A stretch of DNA of 64,000 nt from the NCBI GenBank assembly GCA_044222185.1, contig JBGANV010000002.1, forward strand, positions 544,001-608,000. Direction: 5' to 3'. Made by a program: the position numbers and the translations under genes. Under the pieces are notes generated by a model that did no database searches, was not told where the DNA came from, and saw only the letters and a list, made by a program, of their open reading frames with translations. Shown piece after piece: positions 36,270 through 47,942 of this stretch; position 1 is the first letter of the stretch; the number at the start of each line of letters is the position of its first letter. The stretch comes from Planctomycetota bacterium (GTDB taxonomy: Bacteria; Planctomycetota; GCA-002687715; CAIWVZ01).

Positions 36270-38540
36270 TCAGCCGATCTTCGCGGCCCAGCTCTCCAGT
36301 CGTTCCCGGATGGTCGCGCTGACGACGGGCGGGGAGAGGGTCCTGCGCACGTCGTCGGCTGCCTTGCGACCGCGGGCCCGGGCGCCGGCATGGTCGTCTC
36401 GCACTTCGAGCATGAGGCGACGCAGGTGCACGACGTCCGGTTCTGCCCACCGATGACCGGCGAACGTGGGGACTTCGCGCACTCCCTGCGGTGGCACGGG
36501 CACGAGCCGGTAATCGATCAGGTATGCGTTCGTCGCGTCCATGAAATCGACCTGGCCGCTCCAGTTGGTGCCGATCGTCGGAAGTCCGACGGCCATGGCT
36601 TCCGCGAACGGCCGCCCGAACCCTTCGCCTCGCGTGGGAAGCACGAACGCATTCACCGAGCGATAGAGCGCCGGAAGTTCGGCCTCGGCGAGGCGTCCGA
36701 CGAATTGCACGTCCGGGAGCGATCGCCCGCGGCGGCCGAAACGTGTCAGCGCCTCACGCACGATCTTCTTCACGGCGTCGAGCGGCATTCCGTTCGACAA
36801 CTGGAGCTTCAGCACGAGCGACACGTCCTGGGATCCGCTGAAGGCCTCCGCATAGGCACGAAGGAGGACGTCCCACCCCTTGCGCAGGTGCCAGTCGAAC
36901 ACCGACAGGAACGTGAATCGGTCCGACGGGATCGCGGGGAGCCGTGGGCCCTCCGGCGAATAGCCCGCGAAGTCGAGAGTCCCGGGAATCACGAACAGTT
37001 TGTGTCGGTCGACCCCCGCGCGTGTGAAGGACTCGACGTTGTGGCTGCACGGCACCCAGATCTCGTCCATGCGGTTGCAGGGATCGACCCAGCCCGCTGG
37101 GATCTGGTCGGTCTCGAACATCGTGCGGCCGATGGCGACGGCATGCCCCGCTTCGCGACGGAAATGCGACGGGAACATGTGCTGAACGCTCACGTGACGC
37201 GATGGCGTCGGGATGTGGCAGAGGCGATGGAAGAGCACGCGATCCTCGAGATCGAGGGTCGCCGCTCGCTGACTCCACACGTGAGGGACGACCCGGCACT
37301 CGAATCCCTCATCGGCCACGAGACTGCGGAGAAATCCCCGCGCCTCCGACGCGTACCCGCTCTGGTCGAACACCGGCGCGCGCCATGCGACGAGGGACGA
37401 GCGCCCCCCAGCACGTGGGCGCGTGATCGCCGGGTGGCAGCTCTCCGCGGCGACGAGTCGATGGGCGACGACGTCTCTCAGGCGTTGCACGGTCCAGTGC
37501 TTCGCGACCTCCGCACGCGCGACCGCCACGCGCCTGGCGCAGAGCCCGGGGTCGGCGACGACTCGCCGCATCTGCGCGCGGAGCGAATCGACCGACGGAA
37601 TGGCCCAGCGAGCACCGACGAGCAGTTCGTGCTCCGGAACGTCCTCGTTCCGGATCGTCTCCAGTCCCTCGATATCGACGAGAAACGCGTTCCGGTCGCC
37701 CAGGTACTCGAGCATCCCGCCGAAGCGCGTGGCGATCACCGGCAACCCCATGGCGAACGCGTCGAAGGCGGCCATGCCGATGGCTTCGCAGCGAGACGGG
37801 ATCACGAAGGCGTTGCTTTGCGCGTGGAGGTCGGCGAGGCCGGCGTCATCCAGCAACTCGTCGACGACGACGATCTCGGGAATCCTCTCCGGATCGTGTC
37901 CGAGTGCGACGATCATCCGCGCGATCTCCTCGATGGCAGCGGGCGGCGGAGTCTCCAGGCGATCGTCGGGTGGGGGCGTGCGCAGGACCAAGGCGACGTC
38001 GTCGTTCGGCTTGAACTCGGAGAGGTACGCCGAGAGCAGGAGATCCAAGCCGCGGCGCTTGTTCAGCTCCGTGACGGCCAGGAATCGAAACGACTTGGCC
38101 GTCTGGAGCGGATAGGTCTGGCCGGGAATCGCCGGTCGGAGGAGTGTGGGCGCCAGCGGCTGCACGACGGAGATCCTCGCGCGGTCGACGCCCGAGCGAG
38201 CGAAGGTCTCACGGTTGAAGCGGCTCGGGACCCACACGGCTTCCATGGAGTTCAGCCACGAAACCCAGGTCTTGGGAATGCGATCGGCAGGGAACTGCGT
38301 CCATGCCACGTGCATGAGGTGGCCAGGCGCCTGCGAGCGGAGGATCTCGTACAGATCGTGTCCGTCGCGGCACTGCGGCATGTGCGAGTGCAAGAGCACG
38401 TCGCGCCGCACGTCCTGCCGCGAGCTCAGTCGCAGCATCTGGTTGACGACCTGGCGTGGCAGGTCGAAGCGGACGTTAAGCTGCGATCCGTCGCTCCGGG
38501 GGATCGCTACGACCGTTCGCTCAATCTCCGTAACGGTCAT
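36270..38540 (-). CDS. Tandem GT4 (GT-B) glycosyltransferase; first domain lacks its N-terminus
   Basis: Two repeats of (A/E)(V/I)WVP(S/C)...R(R/K)GxD.LL.AY...FV(I/L)P(S/T)R.E..G....A.A.GLP.I.T. Confidence 0.88.
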   Translation of the reverse strand: MTVTEIERTVVAIPRSDGSQLNVRFDLPRQVVNQMLRLSSRQDVRRDVLLHSHMPQCRDGHDLYEILRSQAPGHLMHVAWTQFPADRIPKTWVSWLNSMEAVWVPSRFNRETFARSGVDRARISVVQPLAPTLLRPAIPGQTYPLQTAKSFRFLAVTELNKRRGLDLLLSAYLSEFKPNDDVALVLRTPPPDDRLETPPPAAIEEIARMIVALGHDPERIPEIVVVDELLDDAGLADLHAQSNAFVIPSRCEAIGMAAFDAFAMGLPVIATRFGGMLEYLGDRNAFLVDIEGLETIRNEDVPEHELLVGARWAIPSVDSLRAQMRRVVADPGLCARRVAVARAEVAKHWTVQRLRDVVAHRLVAAESCHPAITRPRAGGRSSLVAWRAPVFDQSGYASEARGFLRSLVADEGFECRVVPHVWSQRAATLDLEDRVLFHRLCHIPTPSRHVSVQHMFPSHFRREAGHAVAIGRTMFETDQIPAGWVDPCNRMDEIWVPCSHNVESFTRAGVDRHKLFVIPGTLDFAGYSPEGPRLPAIPSDRFTFLSVFDWHLRKGWDVLLRAYAEAFSGSQDVSLVLKLQLSNGMPLDAVKKIVREALTRFGRRGRSLPDVQFVGRLAEAELPALYRSVNAFVLPTRGEGFGRPFAEAMAVGLPTIGTNWSGQVDFMDATNAYLIDYRLVPVPPQGVREVPTFAGHRWAEPDVVHLRRLMLEVRDDHAGARARGRKAADDVRRTLSPPVVSATIRERLESWAAKIG

Positions 38541-39120
38541 CGAGGATCTCGAAGGTCGGGTGGACTCGAACCTTCATCCCGGCCTCGTCCAGCGCGAGGA
38601 CGACGGCCCGTCCGAGGCTTCCGGAGGGGCGGTTGTGGAGGAACGGACCGTGCCACGAGAGGTCGGCAATCGGGGCCGACGCGTCCGTGACCGGAGTCGC
38701 GACTGCTCCGAATGGGATGTCTCCACGAAGCGCCACGCCTTCGAGGCGTGACGGGTCGTCGTGCGACGGCTCCAGCATGACGATCTCGAAGCCGAGCTCG
38801 CCGAGGATCTGGGCGAACTGCGGCGCCACGGACTCGGGTCCGCACCCGAGCCGTCCCGTGCATGCACCCACGTCGGCGCGCGTGCGGAACTCGAGCAGGC
38901 CACCACTGTCGAGGACGCGTCGCCACTCGGTGAATGCGGGTACGGCGAGGGGCCACTGAGACGGTGCCGGGACGTCGTCGACCTCGAGCGCCATCGTGGA
39001 CTCGTCCTGCCACGGCAGGCGGGTCACGTCGAACGTCTCCCGATCGGCGTCGTTCGTCGTCGAGGTCAGGCGGGAAATCAGAACCGACCTGTCACCGTGC
39101 TGCGTCACGTCGAACCTCAT
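38521..39120 (-). CDS. Hypothetical ORF; probable N-terminal fragment of the downstream GT4
   Basis: C-terminal LSWHGPFLHNRPSGSLGRAVVLAL parallels VAWRAPVFDQSGYASEARGFLRSL at the start of the second GT domain. Confidence 0.6.
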   Translation of the reverse strand: MRFDVTQHGDRSVLISRLTSTTNDADRETFDVTRLPWQDESTMALEVDDVPAPSQWPLAVPAFTEWRRVLDSGGLLEFRTRADVGACTGRLGCGPESVAPQFAQILGELGFEIVMLEPSHDDPSRLEGVALRGDIPFGAVATPVTDASAPIADLSWHGPFLHNRPSGSLGRAVVLALDEAGMKVRVHPTFEILDDRYGD

Positions 39121-39159
39121 CGCGACCTCGTTCCTATCTGCGCCCGCGCGGGGCGATGC

Positions 39160-40326
<1,167 letters not shown>

Positions 40327-41004
40327 CTATCGCAGCCGCAGCACCCGTCCGACGATCGAGACGACCTCGACGTAGGCGTTGCCCCAGGCGTTCCAGCGGA
40401 AGAAATGCGTGGCGCGGCCGGGGTCTCCGATGAACGGGCGGAGGACCCACGCGAGCTGGATCGCGACGAACACGTAGAGCACGAGCCAGACGTTCCGTGC
40501 GAGTCGATGTCGTGGATCGATGCGGACCAGCTCGCGGTAATGCCGTGCGAGCGTGAACTGCCCGGCCAGCGCCGCGACGAGGAACGCGAAGCCGTTCAGC
40601 GTGGTCGCGAAGGGGTAGTCGTCCGTCGACGCGTAGCCCGTCAGCGTCACGGGTGCCAGCGCGGCGAGCGTGAGAGCGACCGTCGCTTGAGCCGCGAGGA
40701 CACCCCGACATGCCGCCGCGAAGTCGCTTCGCAGGCCGAGCACGGTGTTGATCACGTAGAAGTTCGGCAGGCAGATCAGCGTCGAGACGCCGATCAGCAT
40801 GGGAACCTTCACCGACGAATAGACGACCTGGAGCCAGCGCAGGCCGAACGTGCCCATGGCGGCACCGTAGACGAGACCGGCGGCACAAGTGATCGAGGCC
40901 AAATGGGCGATGGGAGCTCGGCCCACCCCCGGAGCGAAGGACCCGGTCGCTCGGAGCAGTGCGTCGACGACGCGGCCGACGCGGACGAGCGGCGCCGCGG
41001 TCAT
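40327..41004 (-). CDS. Membrane protein, Yip1-like (paralog 2)
   Basis: About 5 TM; KVPML...LPNFYV...QLAWVLRPFIG. ATGA-coupled to the upstream paralog. Confidence 0.75.
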   Translation of the reverse strand: MTAAPLVRVGRVVDALLRATGSFAPGVGRAPIAHLASITCAAGLVYGAAMGTFGLRWLQVVYSSVKVPMLIGVSTLICLPNFYVINTVLGLRSDFAAACRGVLAAQATVALTLAALAPVTLTGYASTDDYPFATTLNGFAFLVAALAGQFTLARHYRELVRIDPRHRLARNVWLVLYVFVAIQLAWVLRPFIGDPGRATHFFRWNAWGNAYVEVVSIVGRVLRLR

Positions 41005-41780
41005 TGGAAGAGGTGACGGAGCGCGCTCAGTACGGCCGCGAAGAAGTTCGACTGACGAGCGCGGAACCACTCGAACGGGAGCCCCGGAGCGCCGACGAAC
41101 GGCCGAAGGACCCACGCCATCTGCGCGCCGACGATGCCGAAGAGGATCGCCCAGACGCGGAAGACGAGGCCCGCGGGATCGGCGGGTGATGCCACCGGGG
41201 GTCGCGGCGCGGGTGGATGGGTCGCGATCGCCTCGTCCACTGGCGGCGGAGGCGTGGGCGCGGGCCGCGGGGGGCGCGCCGGAGCGAAGACGACCCTCAA
41301 CGCCTTGCGCAGGAAGGAGATTCCGATGAGCCCCGCAGTCCCGAAGAACACGACGTTCAGCACGATCATGAACGCGTAACTCGTGGTCGAGAGCGTGAAG
41401 AACCCCGTGATCGGACCGAAGCTCGCCAGGACGGCGAGGTTGATCGCGACGGCCGCGAGCAAGAGCCGCAAGGTGCTCGACGCAAACAGCCGCGAACGCG
41501 TGAGTGCCGAGAAGACGTAGAGGGATGGGAACGTGACGGCGAGCGTGAGCAGGAAGAGCAGTGGGACCTTCAGCGTCGTCGCCACGATCTGCATCGCGCT
41601 GCCTGGACCTCCGCGCATCAGCGTGAAGAGGCCCATGAACGCGCCATACAGGCCGCCGAGGATCAGACCGGTCGTGGCGAGCGTTCGGATCGGTACGCGA
41701 AGATTTCCGCTCTCCAGCTCTTCGCGTTCCGTGAAACCGCCTCGAAGGAGACGGTCGATGTCTGCGATGAACTTCCGCAT
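41001..41780 (-). CDS. Membrane protein, Yip1-like (paralog 1)
   Basis: GGAGG RBS; KVPLL...FPSLYV...QMAWVLRPFVG. Confidence 0.75.
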   Translation of the reverse strand: MRKFIADIDRLLRGGFTEREELESGNLRVPIRTLATTGLILGGLYGAFMGLFTLMRGGPGSAMQIVATTLKVPLLFLLTLAVTFPSLYVFSALTRSRLFASSTLRLLLAAVAINLAVLASFGPITGFFTLSTTSYAFMIVLNVVFFGTAGLIGISFLRKALRVVFAPARPPRPAPTPPPPVDEAIATHPPAPRPPVASPADPAGLVFRVWAILFGIVGAQMAWVLRPFVGAPGLPFEWFRARQSNFFAAVLSALRHLFQ

Positions 41781-42001
41781 GAGGACCTCCTGAAACGAGG
41801 GCACGAAGCGAGTTGGAGAACGCGACCTCTGACAGCGGCGTAACGCCATCGCGGATTCCGGTGCCGTCCGTTCGAGATCGAGTCGCCGGCGACTCAGCGA
41901 TCGATGGAGCAAAGGGCGTGGGATGCGAGCTGAGCCCCGTGTTTCCCGCGTGTTCCTGGCGTAGCGCGACGGCGTGATCGGCATCGTGTAGAACGTCGCC
42001 C

Positions 42002-44572
42002 ATGAACGACGCCAAGACACTCGACCTTCCGGAGAAGGCTGGTTGGGCTCAGCCGCGGAAATTCCTCGAGGTGAGCGGCCGGCGTGCGGCGCTCCTCGGT
42101 CACGAGAACGGGTCGTTCGAATGCTGGATGTGGCCCGTGAAGGTCTGCCACGACCTTTCGCTGCGGTTCCAGCTGGCATCGGGCGGAAGCGCGCTCGCGG
42201 GGCGCGACCTCGTATCGCACGTATCCGTGCGACCGGACCGCGTGGTTCTGACTTATGTCCACGAGGCGTTCACGGTCCGTCAGACCTTGTTCGCCGCACT
42301 CGATCATCGACTGATCGCCATGCTCATCGACGTGGATTCGCCACGTGACCTGGTGGTGCAAGTGACGTTCGCACCCGACATGCGCCCGATGTGGCCGGCC
42401 GGATTCGGCGGGCAGATCGCCACGCAGGATGCCGTGACGGGAGCGACGTTCCTCACCGAGGAACTGGGGAGGTTCGGCGTGCTGTTGGGTTCACCGGGGG
42501 CCCCGCGCGTCTCCATCGGCGCGGATCACGCGTTGCCCCGCGATCCCGTCACGATCCCGCTGACCTGGAGGGCGACGGACTCGGAGCCGCTCATCTTCCT
42601 GATCGCCGGCGCCGAGGTCGTCCCAGACCAGCTTCCCGCCTCGGCCGAAGTCGGGGAGCACGGGGCCGCGACGGGGCTGTCGCGCATCGACAAGGTGCGC
42701 GAGCACGCGCGAGCCGCGTACCGCGACGGCTCGACGAACTGGTCGGTCCGGCTCGCGGAGGTGCGCTCCCACTGGCGCCGGTTCCTCGATCGGACGACCC
42801 TCCTCCAGACGTCGGATCCTGCGGTGGACGATGCCTTCTTGTGGGCAAAGATCGCCATCGAGAAGTCGTGGGTCGAGGTTGACGGACTCGGCCGCAGCCT
42901 CGTCGCGGGGCTCGCACCCAGTGCCGGAAGCGATCGGCCCGGGTTCGGGTGGTTCTTCGACGGCGACGCGCTCTGCGCGGCTCGCGCCATGGCTGCCTAC
43001 GGCGACACGGAGGGACAGCTGCGCGTCCTGGGTGCCGCCGCGTCGCGCCAGCGCTCCGACGGCAAGCTGATGCACGAGCTGACGCTCTCGTCGCGCCTGT
43101 GCAACTGGCTCGAGGACTATCCGTACGCGTACTACAAGGCGCCGAACTCGCCCGACTTCGTCGCGGCCCTGGAGCTGTGCCTGCGCCACAACGGCGACCG
43201 ACCCACTCTCGAGCGGTTGTTCACGAATGCGAAGCGCGCGGTCCAGTGGTGCCACGCGTGCCTCGACCAGAACGGATTGATGACGAATCGGAAGGCCGGG
43301 CTCGCCGCCGTCGAAGCCGGATCGCTCGTGGGGGTCATCCGCTCCGAGGTCTACCTCCACGGCATGTACTTGAGCGCCTTGCGAGCGCTGGAGCGCCTCG
43401 CGGGATGGATCGGCGAGAAGGACGTCGCGCACTGGGCCACGACGAACCTCGCGCACGCGACTTCCGCGTTCGAATCGTTCTGGTCCGAGAAGGCCGGCCG
43501 GTATGGCTTCGCGCTCCTCACCGACGGGAAGTGGTTCGACGACCTGAATGCCTATCTCGCCGAGCCACTCGCCGCGGGGCACGGTGAAACGGCGCGCGCA
43601 CATGCCAGCGTCCAGGGGTTGAACGACCCCGCACTCTGCAGCGACTGGGGCGTGCGGATGTTCGCGCGGACCTCGGCGATCTACGACCCGGCCAACTACA
43701 ACACCGGCAGCGTATTCCCGTACCTGACCAACTTCGTGATCCTTGCGCACTACCGCCACGGACTGACGGCGGCCGGCTGGCAGATCTACAGGTCCCAGGT
43801 GGCGCTGAGCGACTTCTCCGGTCGCGGGTTCGTCCCCGAGCACCTGATCGGTGATCGCTGCACGGCGCCCGAACGGGGCGTCCCGCACCAGGTGTTCTCG
43901 TCCACGACGATCGTGCAGGGCGCGATCTTCGGCATCCTCGGCATCGAGGCGGATGCATTCGAGGGCGTCCTCCGCATCCGGCCGGCGCTCCCGCCGCACT
44001 GGCGGCGCGCGACGGTGACGCACATGCGCGTCGGGCCGACACTCCTGGATCTCCGGGTCGAGCGTGATCGAGGCGGCGACGGCACCACGTACCACGTGTG
44101 GGCGTTCATCCGCGAAGGCCCGAGCCTCGCGCTCGACATCACGCTGTCGTGCCCGCCGCTCACGCAGCTCGGCTCCGCGGTCGTCAACCGCAGGGACGTA
44201 CCGTCGGCCGCCGTGCGCCCTGCCGGCGGTTCGGTGGCGATCGAGGTGGGAAGACACGCGATCCTGCGCGAACTCGCCTGCACGGTCGTCGTGCGCGAGG
44301 GACCCCAGCTCTTGCTGGAGGCACCCGAGCTGCGCGAAGGCGCGCGTAGTCGATCCGTCCGCCTCACGCGAACGGAGATCATCGGCGCGACGTCCGTCCG
44401 GTGGACCTTGCAGGGGCTCTCGGGCTCGACGGCGCGCGCGCGCCTTTTCGCCGACCGCGAGATGCAGGTGCAGGGCGCGGCGGTCGAGGCTCGCGGCGAG
44501 GCCCACCTCGACTTCCCGGCCGGCGACGGCGACAGTTTCGTGTCGCACGTGGTCGAAGTGACGGTTGGTTAG
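42002..44572 (+). CDS. Amylo-alpha-1,6-glucosidase / six-hairpin glycoside hydrolase-like protein
   Basis: PGFGWFFDGD, DGKLMHE, SDWGVR, YNTGSVFP, VPEHL, VPHQ. Typical debranching-enzyme (alpha/alpha)6 pattern. Confidence 0.8.
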   Translation: MNDAKTLDLPEKAGWAQPRKFLEVSGRRAALLGHENGSFECWMWPVKVCHDLSLRFQLASGGSALAGRDLVSHVSVRPDRVVLTYVHEAFTVRQTLFAALDHRLIAMLIDVDSPRDLVVQVTFAPDMRPMWPAGFGGQIATQDAVTGATFLTEELGRFGVLLGSPGAPRVSIGADHALPRDPVTIPLTWRATDSEPLIFLIAGAEVVPDQLPASAEVGEHGAATGLSRIDKVREHARAAYRDGSTNWSVRLAEVRSHWRRFLDRTTLLQTSDPAVDDAFLWAKIAIEKSWVEVDGLGRSLVAGLAPSAGSDRPGFGWFFDGDALCAARAMAAYGDTEGQLRVLGAAASRQRSDGKLMHELTLSSRLCNWLEDYPYAYYKAPNSPDFVAALELCLRHNGDRPTLERLFTNAKRAVQWCHACLDQNGLMTNRKAGLAAVEAGSLVGVIRSEVYLHGMYLSALRALERLAGWIGEKDVAHWATTNLAHATSAFESFWSEKAGRYGFALLTDGKWFDDLNAYLAEPLAAGHGETARAHASVQGLNDPALCSDWGVRMFARTSAIYDPANYNTGSVFPYLTNFVILAHYRHGLTAAGWQIYRSQVALSDFSGRGFVPEHLIGDRCTAPERGVPHQVFSSTTIVQGAIFGILGIEADAFEGVLRIRPALPPHWRRATVTHMRVGPTLLDLRVERDRGGDGTTYHVWAFIREGPSLALDITLSCPPLTQLGSAVVNRRDVPSAAVRPAGGSVAIEVGRHAILRELACTVVVREGPQLLLEAPELREGARSRSVRLTRTEIIGATSVRWTLQGLSGSTARARLFADREMQVQGAAVEARGEAHLDFPAGDGDSFVSHVVEVTVG

Positions 44573-46787
44573 AACCCTCGCCATGACATCGCCTCACGAA
44601 ATCCGGATGAACCCTTGCGCGTGCGTCATTCCCATCGGCGCCAAGCCCGCCGTCGGCCCGGGCATCGGCCGTCTGCAGTGGTTCCGCATGCGCCCGCCCG
44701 TCTCGGACGTGACGGTGATCACCGTGCGTCCGATCCTGGACGATGGGACCGAGCCGGCCGCTTCGTTGGTGCTCGCGACGTCGCCGGACAAGGAGCCCAT
44801 GAGCCACGCACCGGACGGATTCCCTCCCGTCGCCTTCGAGGCGGATGGAGGCGTCGTTCGAGGCCAGGTCGCCTTGCCGGAAGGCTCGTCGTTCTACGGG
44901 ACCGGCGAGGTGACGGGGCCGCTCCTTCGAACGGGTCGCGCGACGATGCTGTGGAACACGGACGCCTGGGGCTACGCCGAGACGATGCCGGTGATGTATC
45001 AGTCGCACCCGTACGTACTCGGGGTCCTGCCTGACGGACGCGCCGTGGGCGTTCTCGCCGACACGATCCGCCGGGGGTGCGTGGTGTGCGCGCCGAATGG
45101 CGTCGAACTCCAGTTCGAAGAGGATCCGTACGACGTCCACGTCATCCTCGGGGAATCCCCGCTTGCCGTGTCCGAGGCGCTGTCCGCGTTGATCGGGCGC
45201 ATCCGGCTGCCGCCGCTCTACGCGCTCGGGTACCACCAGTGCCGCTGGTCCTACATGACCGCGGACGAAGTGCGCGACGTCGCCCGCAACTTCCGCGAGC
45301 GGAAGATCCCCTGCGACGTCATCTGGTTCGACATCGACTACATGGATGGCTACCGGTGCTTCACGTGGGATCCGGCCCGATTCGCCGACCCCCGCGGGCT
45401 GACCGACGAACTCCACCGATCCAACTTCCGTTCCATCGTCATGCTCGACCCGGGCCTCGCGGTCGGAGACGACCCGATCACGCGCTCCGGGCTCGACGGC
45501 GAGCATTTCGTGATCGACGCCAAGGGGCGGCCGTTCCAGGGGCGTGTCTGGCCTGGCATCTGCCACTTCCCGGATTTCACGCGCCCCGAGACCCGCCTGT
45601 GGTGGGGGACCATGGTCGGCGAGTTTGCCGACCGACATGGGATCGACGGCGTGTGGAACGACATGAACGAGCCCTCCGTGTTCGGGGTGCCGACGAAGAC
45701 CATGCCCGAGGACGTGCAGCACCGCGGCGCTGGCGGTGGTCCGCACAAGAAATTCCACAACGCGTACGGGATGTTCATGGCGCAGGCGTCCCACGAGGGG
45801 CTCGCCGCGGCACGGCCCGATCGGCGGCCGTTCGTGCTCACGCGATCGAATCACATCGCGGGTTCGCGGTTCGCGGCGACCTGGACCGGTGACAACCAGG
45901 CGCTCTGGGAAGACCTGCGTTGGTCGATCACGATGACTCTGAACCTGGGACTGTCGGGCCAGCCCTTCTCCGGCCCCGACATCGGTGGCTTCGCCGGCAA
46001 TCCGACGCCCGAGCTGTTCACGCGCTGGTTCGAACTCGGGGCCTACCTCCCGTTCTGCCGAGGGCACGGCCACAAGCACGACTGCCGGAAGGAGCCGTGG
46101 TCGTTCGGGCCCGAGGCGGAGGCGCACGTGCGCGCCGCGCTCGAGCGCCGCATGCGGCTCATGCCCTACCTCTACACGTTGTTCCGCAGCGCCGAGGTGC
46201 ACGGGCATCCCATCGTCCGACCGCTGTTCTTCGCGGACCCGCGGGACGCGGCGCTGCGCGCGATCGAGGACTGCTTCCTCCTCGGGGGTGACCTTCTCGT
46301 CGCCCCGGTGACCGAGCCCGGCCAGACCACGAAGCACGTCACCTTCCCCGGAGTCGGCTGGTATTTGTTCCCGAGCGGCGGCCCCATGCTGCTCGATCGG
46401 AAGATGAACGTGTCCGCTCCGCTGGGCTCGACACCCGTCTTCGCCCGTGCGGGCTCCATCGTCCCCGAGGGTCCCCTGCGCGAGTTCACCATGCCGTCGC
46501 TTCACGAGCCCATCACGCTCCACGTCTTCCTAGACGCCAAGGGGCGCGCCACCGGCCGGCTCTACGAAGACGACGGCGAATCCAACGCGCACCTGCGGGG
46601 TGAGTTCCGGGATACGCACTACGTAGCGCAACTGGACGGACGAAAGTTCACGCTGACGGCTTCGCGCACGGGGAAGGCCCCGGCTCCCTCGCGACGCCGC
46701 ACCGTCATCGTCCACGCCGCCAACGGCACGGTCGCGCGGCACGAGGATGACGACGGCGCGCGCACCGAGATCACGATCGAGGCGTGA
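44565..46787 (+). CDS. GH31 alpha-glucosidase
   Basis: YQSHP, ALGYHQCRWSY, IWFDIDYM, GVWNDMNEP nucleophile motif, WTGDN, GPDIGGF. Start uncertain. Confidence 0.95.
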   Translation: MVRTLAMTSPHEIRMNPCACVIPIGAKPAVGPGIGRLQWFRMRPPVSDVTVITVRPILDDGTEPAASLVLATSPDKEPMSHAPDGFPPVAFEADGGVVRGQVALPEGSSFYGTGEVTGPLLRTGRATMLWNTDAWGYAETMPVMYQSHPYVLGVLPDGRAVGVLADTIRRGCVVCAPNGVELQFEEDPYDVHVILGESPLAVSEALSALIGRIRLPPLYALGYHQCRWSYMTADEVRDVARNFRERKIPCDVIWFDIDYMDGYRCFTWDPARFADPRGLTDELHRSNFRSIVMLDPGLAVGDDPITRSGLDGEHFVIDAKGRPFQGRVWPGICHFPDFTRPETRLWWGTMVGEFADRHGIDGVWNDMNEPSVFGVPTKTMPEDVQHRGAGGGPHKKFHNAYGMFMAQASHEGLAAARPDRRPFVLTRSNHIAGSRFAATWTGDNQALWEDLRWSITMTLNLGLSGQPFSGPDIGGFAGNPTPELFTRWFELGAYLPFCRGHGHKHDCRKEPWSFGPEAEAHVRAALERRMRLMPYLYTLFRSAEVHGHPIVRPLFFADPRDAALRAIEDCFLLGGDLLVAPVTEPGQTTKHVTFPGVGWYLFPSGGPMLLDRKMNVSAPLGSTPVFARAGSIVPEGPLREFTMPSLHEPITLHVFLDAKGRATGRLYEDDGESNAHLRGEFRDTHYVAQLDGRKFTLTASRTGKAPAPSRRRTVIVHAANGTVARHEDDDGARTEITIEA

Positions 46788-46892
46788 AGATCCGCGCGGC
46801 TTCGGCCGCCACCAGGGACTGGCGCGGCCGGCGGACGTGCAATTCGCCCGCATCGTCGCGGCAGCGCGGTCGCGGCGCCGGACACGATCGGT

Positions 46893-47912
46893 TCACTGCA
46901 CACGCCAGCGGGCGTTGCGCAGCTTGCCGAAGGAGAGGCCGATCTCGGTCCAGGTGAGTCGCTCGAAGGAGAAGTTCCGCTGCGTCGCGCGCACGTGGGG
47001 ATGGAGCGTTTCCGCCAGTGCGCGGAAGAGTCCCTTCTCCTCGAGTTCGTCGAGCAGCGACTGGTAGTCGAGAAACACGTCGCGCACGAGGTGCTTGGCC
47101 AGGGCCTTCACCGAGAGCGCGGCCGCGGCGCCGGTGCCGATGACGAACTTCCCACCCTTGGCGGCGGCCTGCACGGCGAGCCCCGTGATGACCTCGAACA
47201 CGGACTGTCCCGTGTCCTTCGCCAGGCTCTCCACGCCCTCGGCCAGCTTGTCGATCTGCGCGACGTCGAAGATCGCGGTCTTCGATGCGGACGCCAGCTC
47301 GGCCCGGATCTCGGCGAGTTGGGCGCGCATGTCCTCGATGCGCAGCGGCGGCAGGTCCACGGCGTCACCCGCGCGATCGGAGAGATTCGCGAGCGCGCTG
47401 AAGAGGAGATCGACGTTGTCGACCCTCGAACCCGGTTTGACGAGGCCGGCGTTCTTCAGGTCTTCGATGACGTCGTGAACGACCGTGCGGGCGCCGTCGG
47501 CGATGTCTTTCGTTGCGAGCAGGATCCACAGCGGACTCGCATGGAGCGTGGCGATGCAGAGGTTGTCGATGACGCTGCCGACGCCGAGGCGCGCCACCAT
47601 GGTTCCCGTCATCGCTTGCGACGCCGGGAATCGGCGGGCGCCTCCCAGGTCGTCGGTCAGGATCCGCATGTAGCGCAGGACGACCGTGCGGTAGATCCGG
47701 CTCTCGCGGACGGGCCTGGGCAGCAGCCGCGCGGCCGCGAGCCCGATCATCCCCACGAATCCCGCAGTGCTGCGTGCGATCCGCTCGGGGAGCGACGCGA
47801 CGTAGAGGAAGTAGTTCCACACGGTGGCTGGGCGGACCTTCACCGACCCGGAAGGCGTGAGCTGGATCGGATCCGTCGTGAGCGTGGGTGATGTGGCGGG
47901 TTCTTCGGTCAC
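46893..47912 (-). CDS. Hypothetical helical protein
   Basis: Good codon bias; operonic with def. Motifs SLPER and HASPLWIL. Confidence 0.7.
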   Translation of the reverse strand: MTEEPATSPTLTTDPIQLTPSGSVKVRPATVWNYFLYVASLPERIARSTAGFVGMIGLAAARLLPRPVRESRIYRTVVLRYMRILTDDLGGARRFPASQAMTGTMVARLGVGSVIDNLCIATLHASPLWILLATKDIADGARTVVHDVIEDLKNAGLVKPGSRVDNVDLLFSALANLSDRAGDAVDLPPLRIEDMRAQLAEIRAELASASKTAIFDVAQIDKLAEGVESLAKDTGQSVFEVITGLAVQAAAKGGKFVIGTGAAAALSVKALAKHLVRDVFLDYQSLLDELEEKGLFRALAETLHPHVRATQRNFSFERLTWTEIGLSFGKLRNARWRVQ

Positions 47913-47942
47913 GGCTGTCGATCTGCTTCGCGCTGGAAGGGG

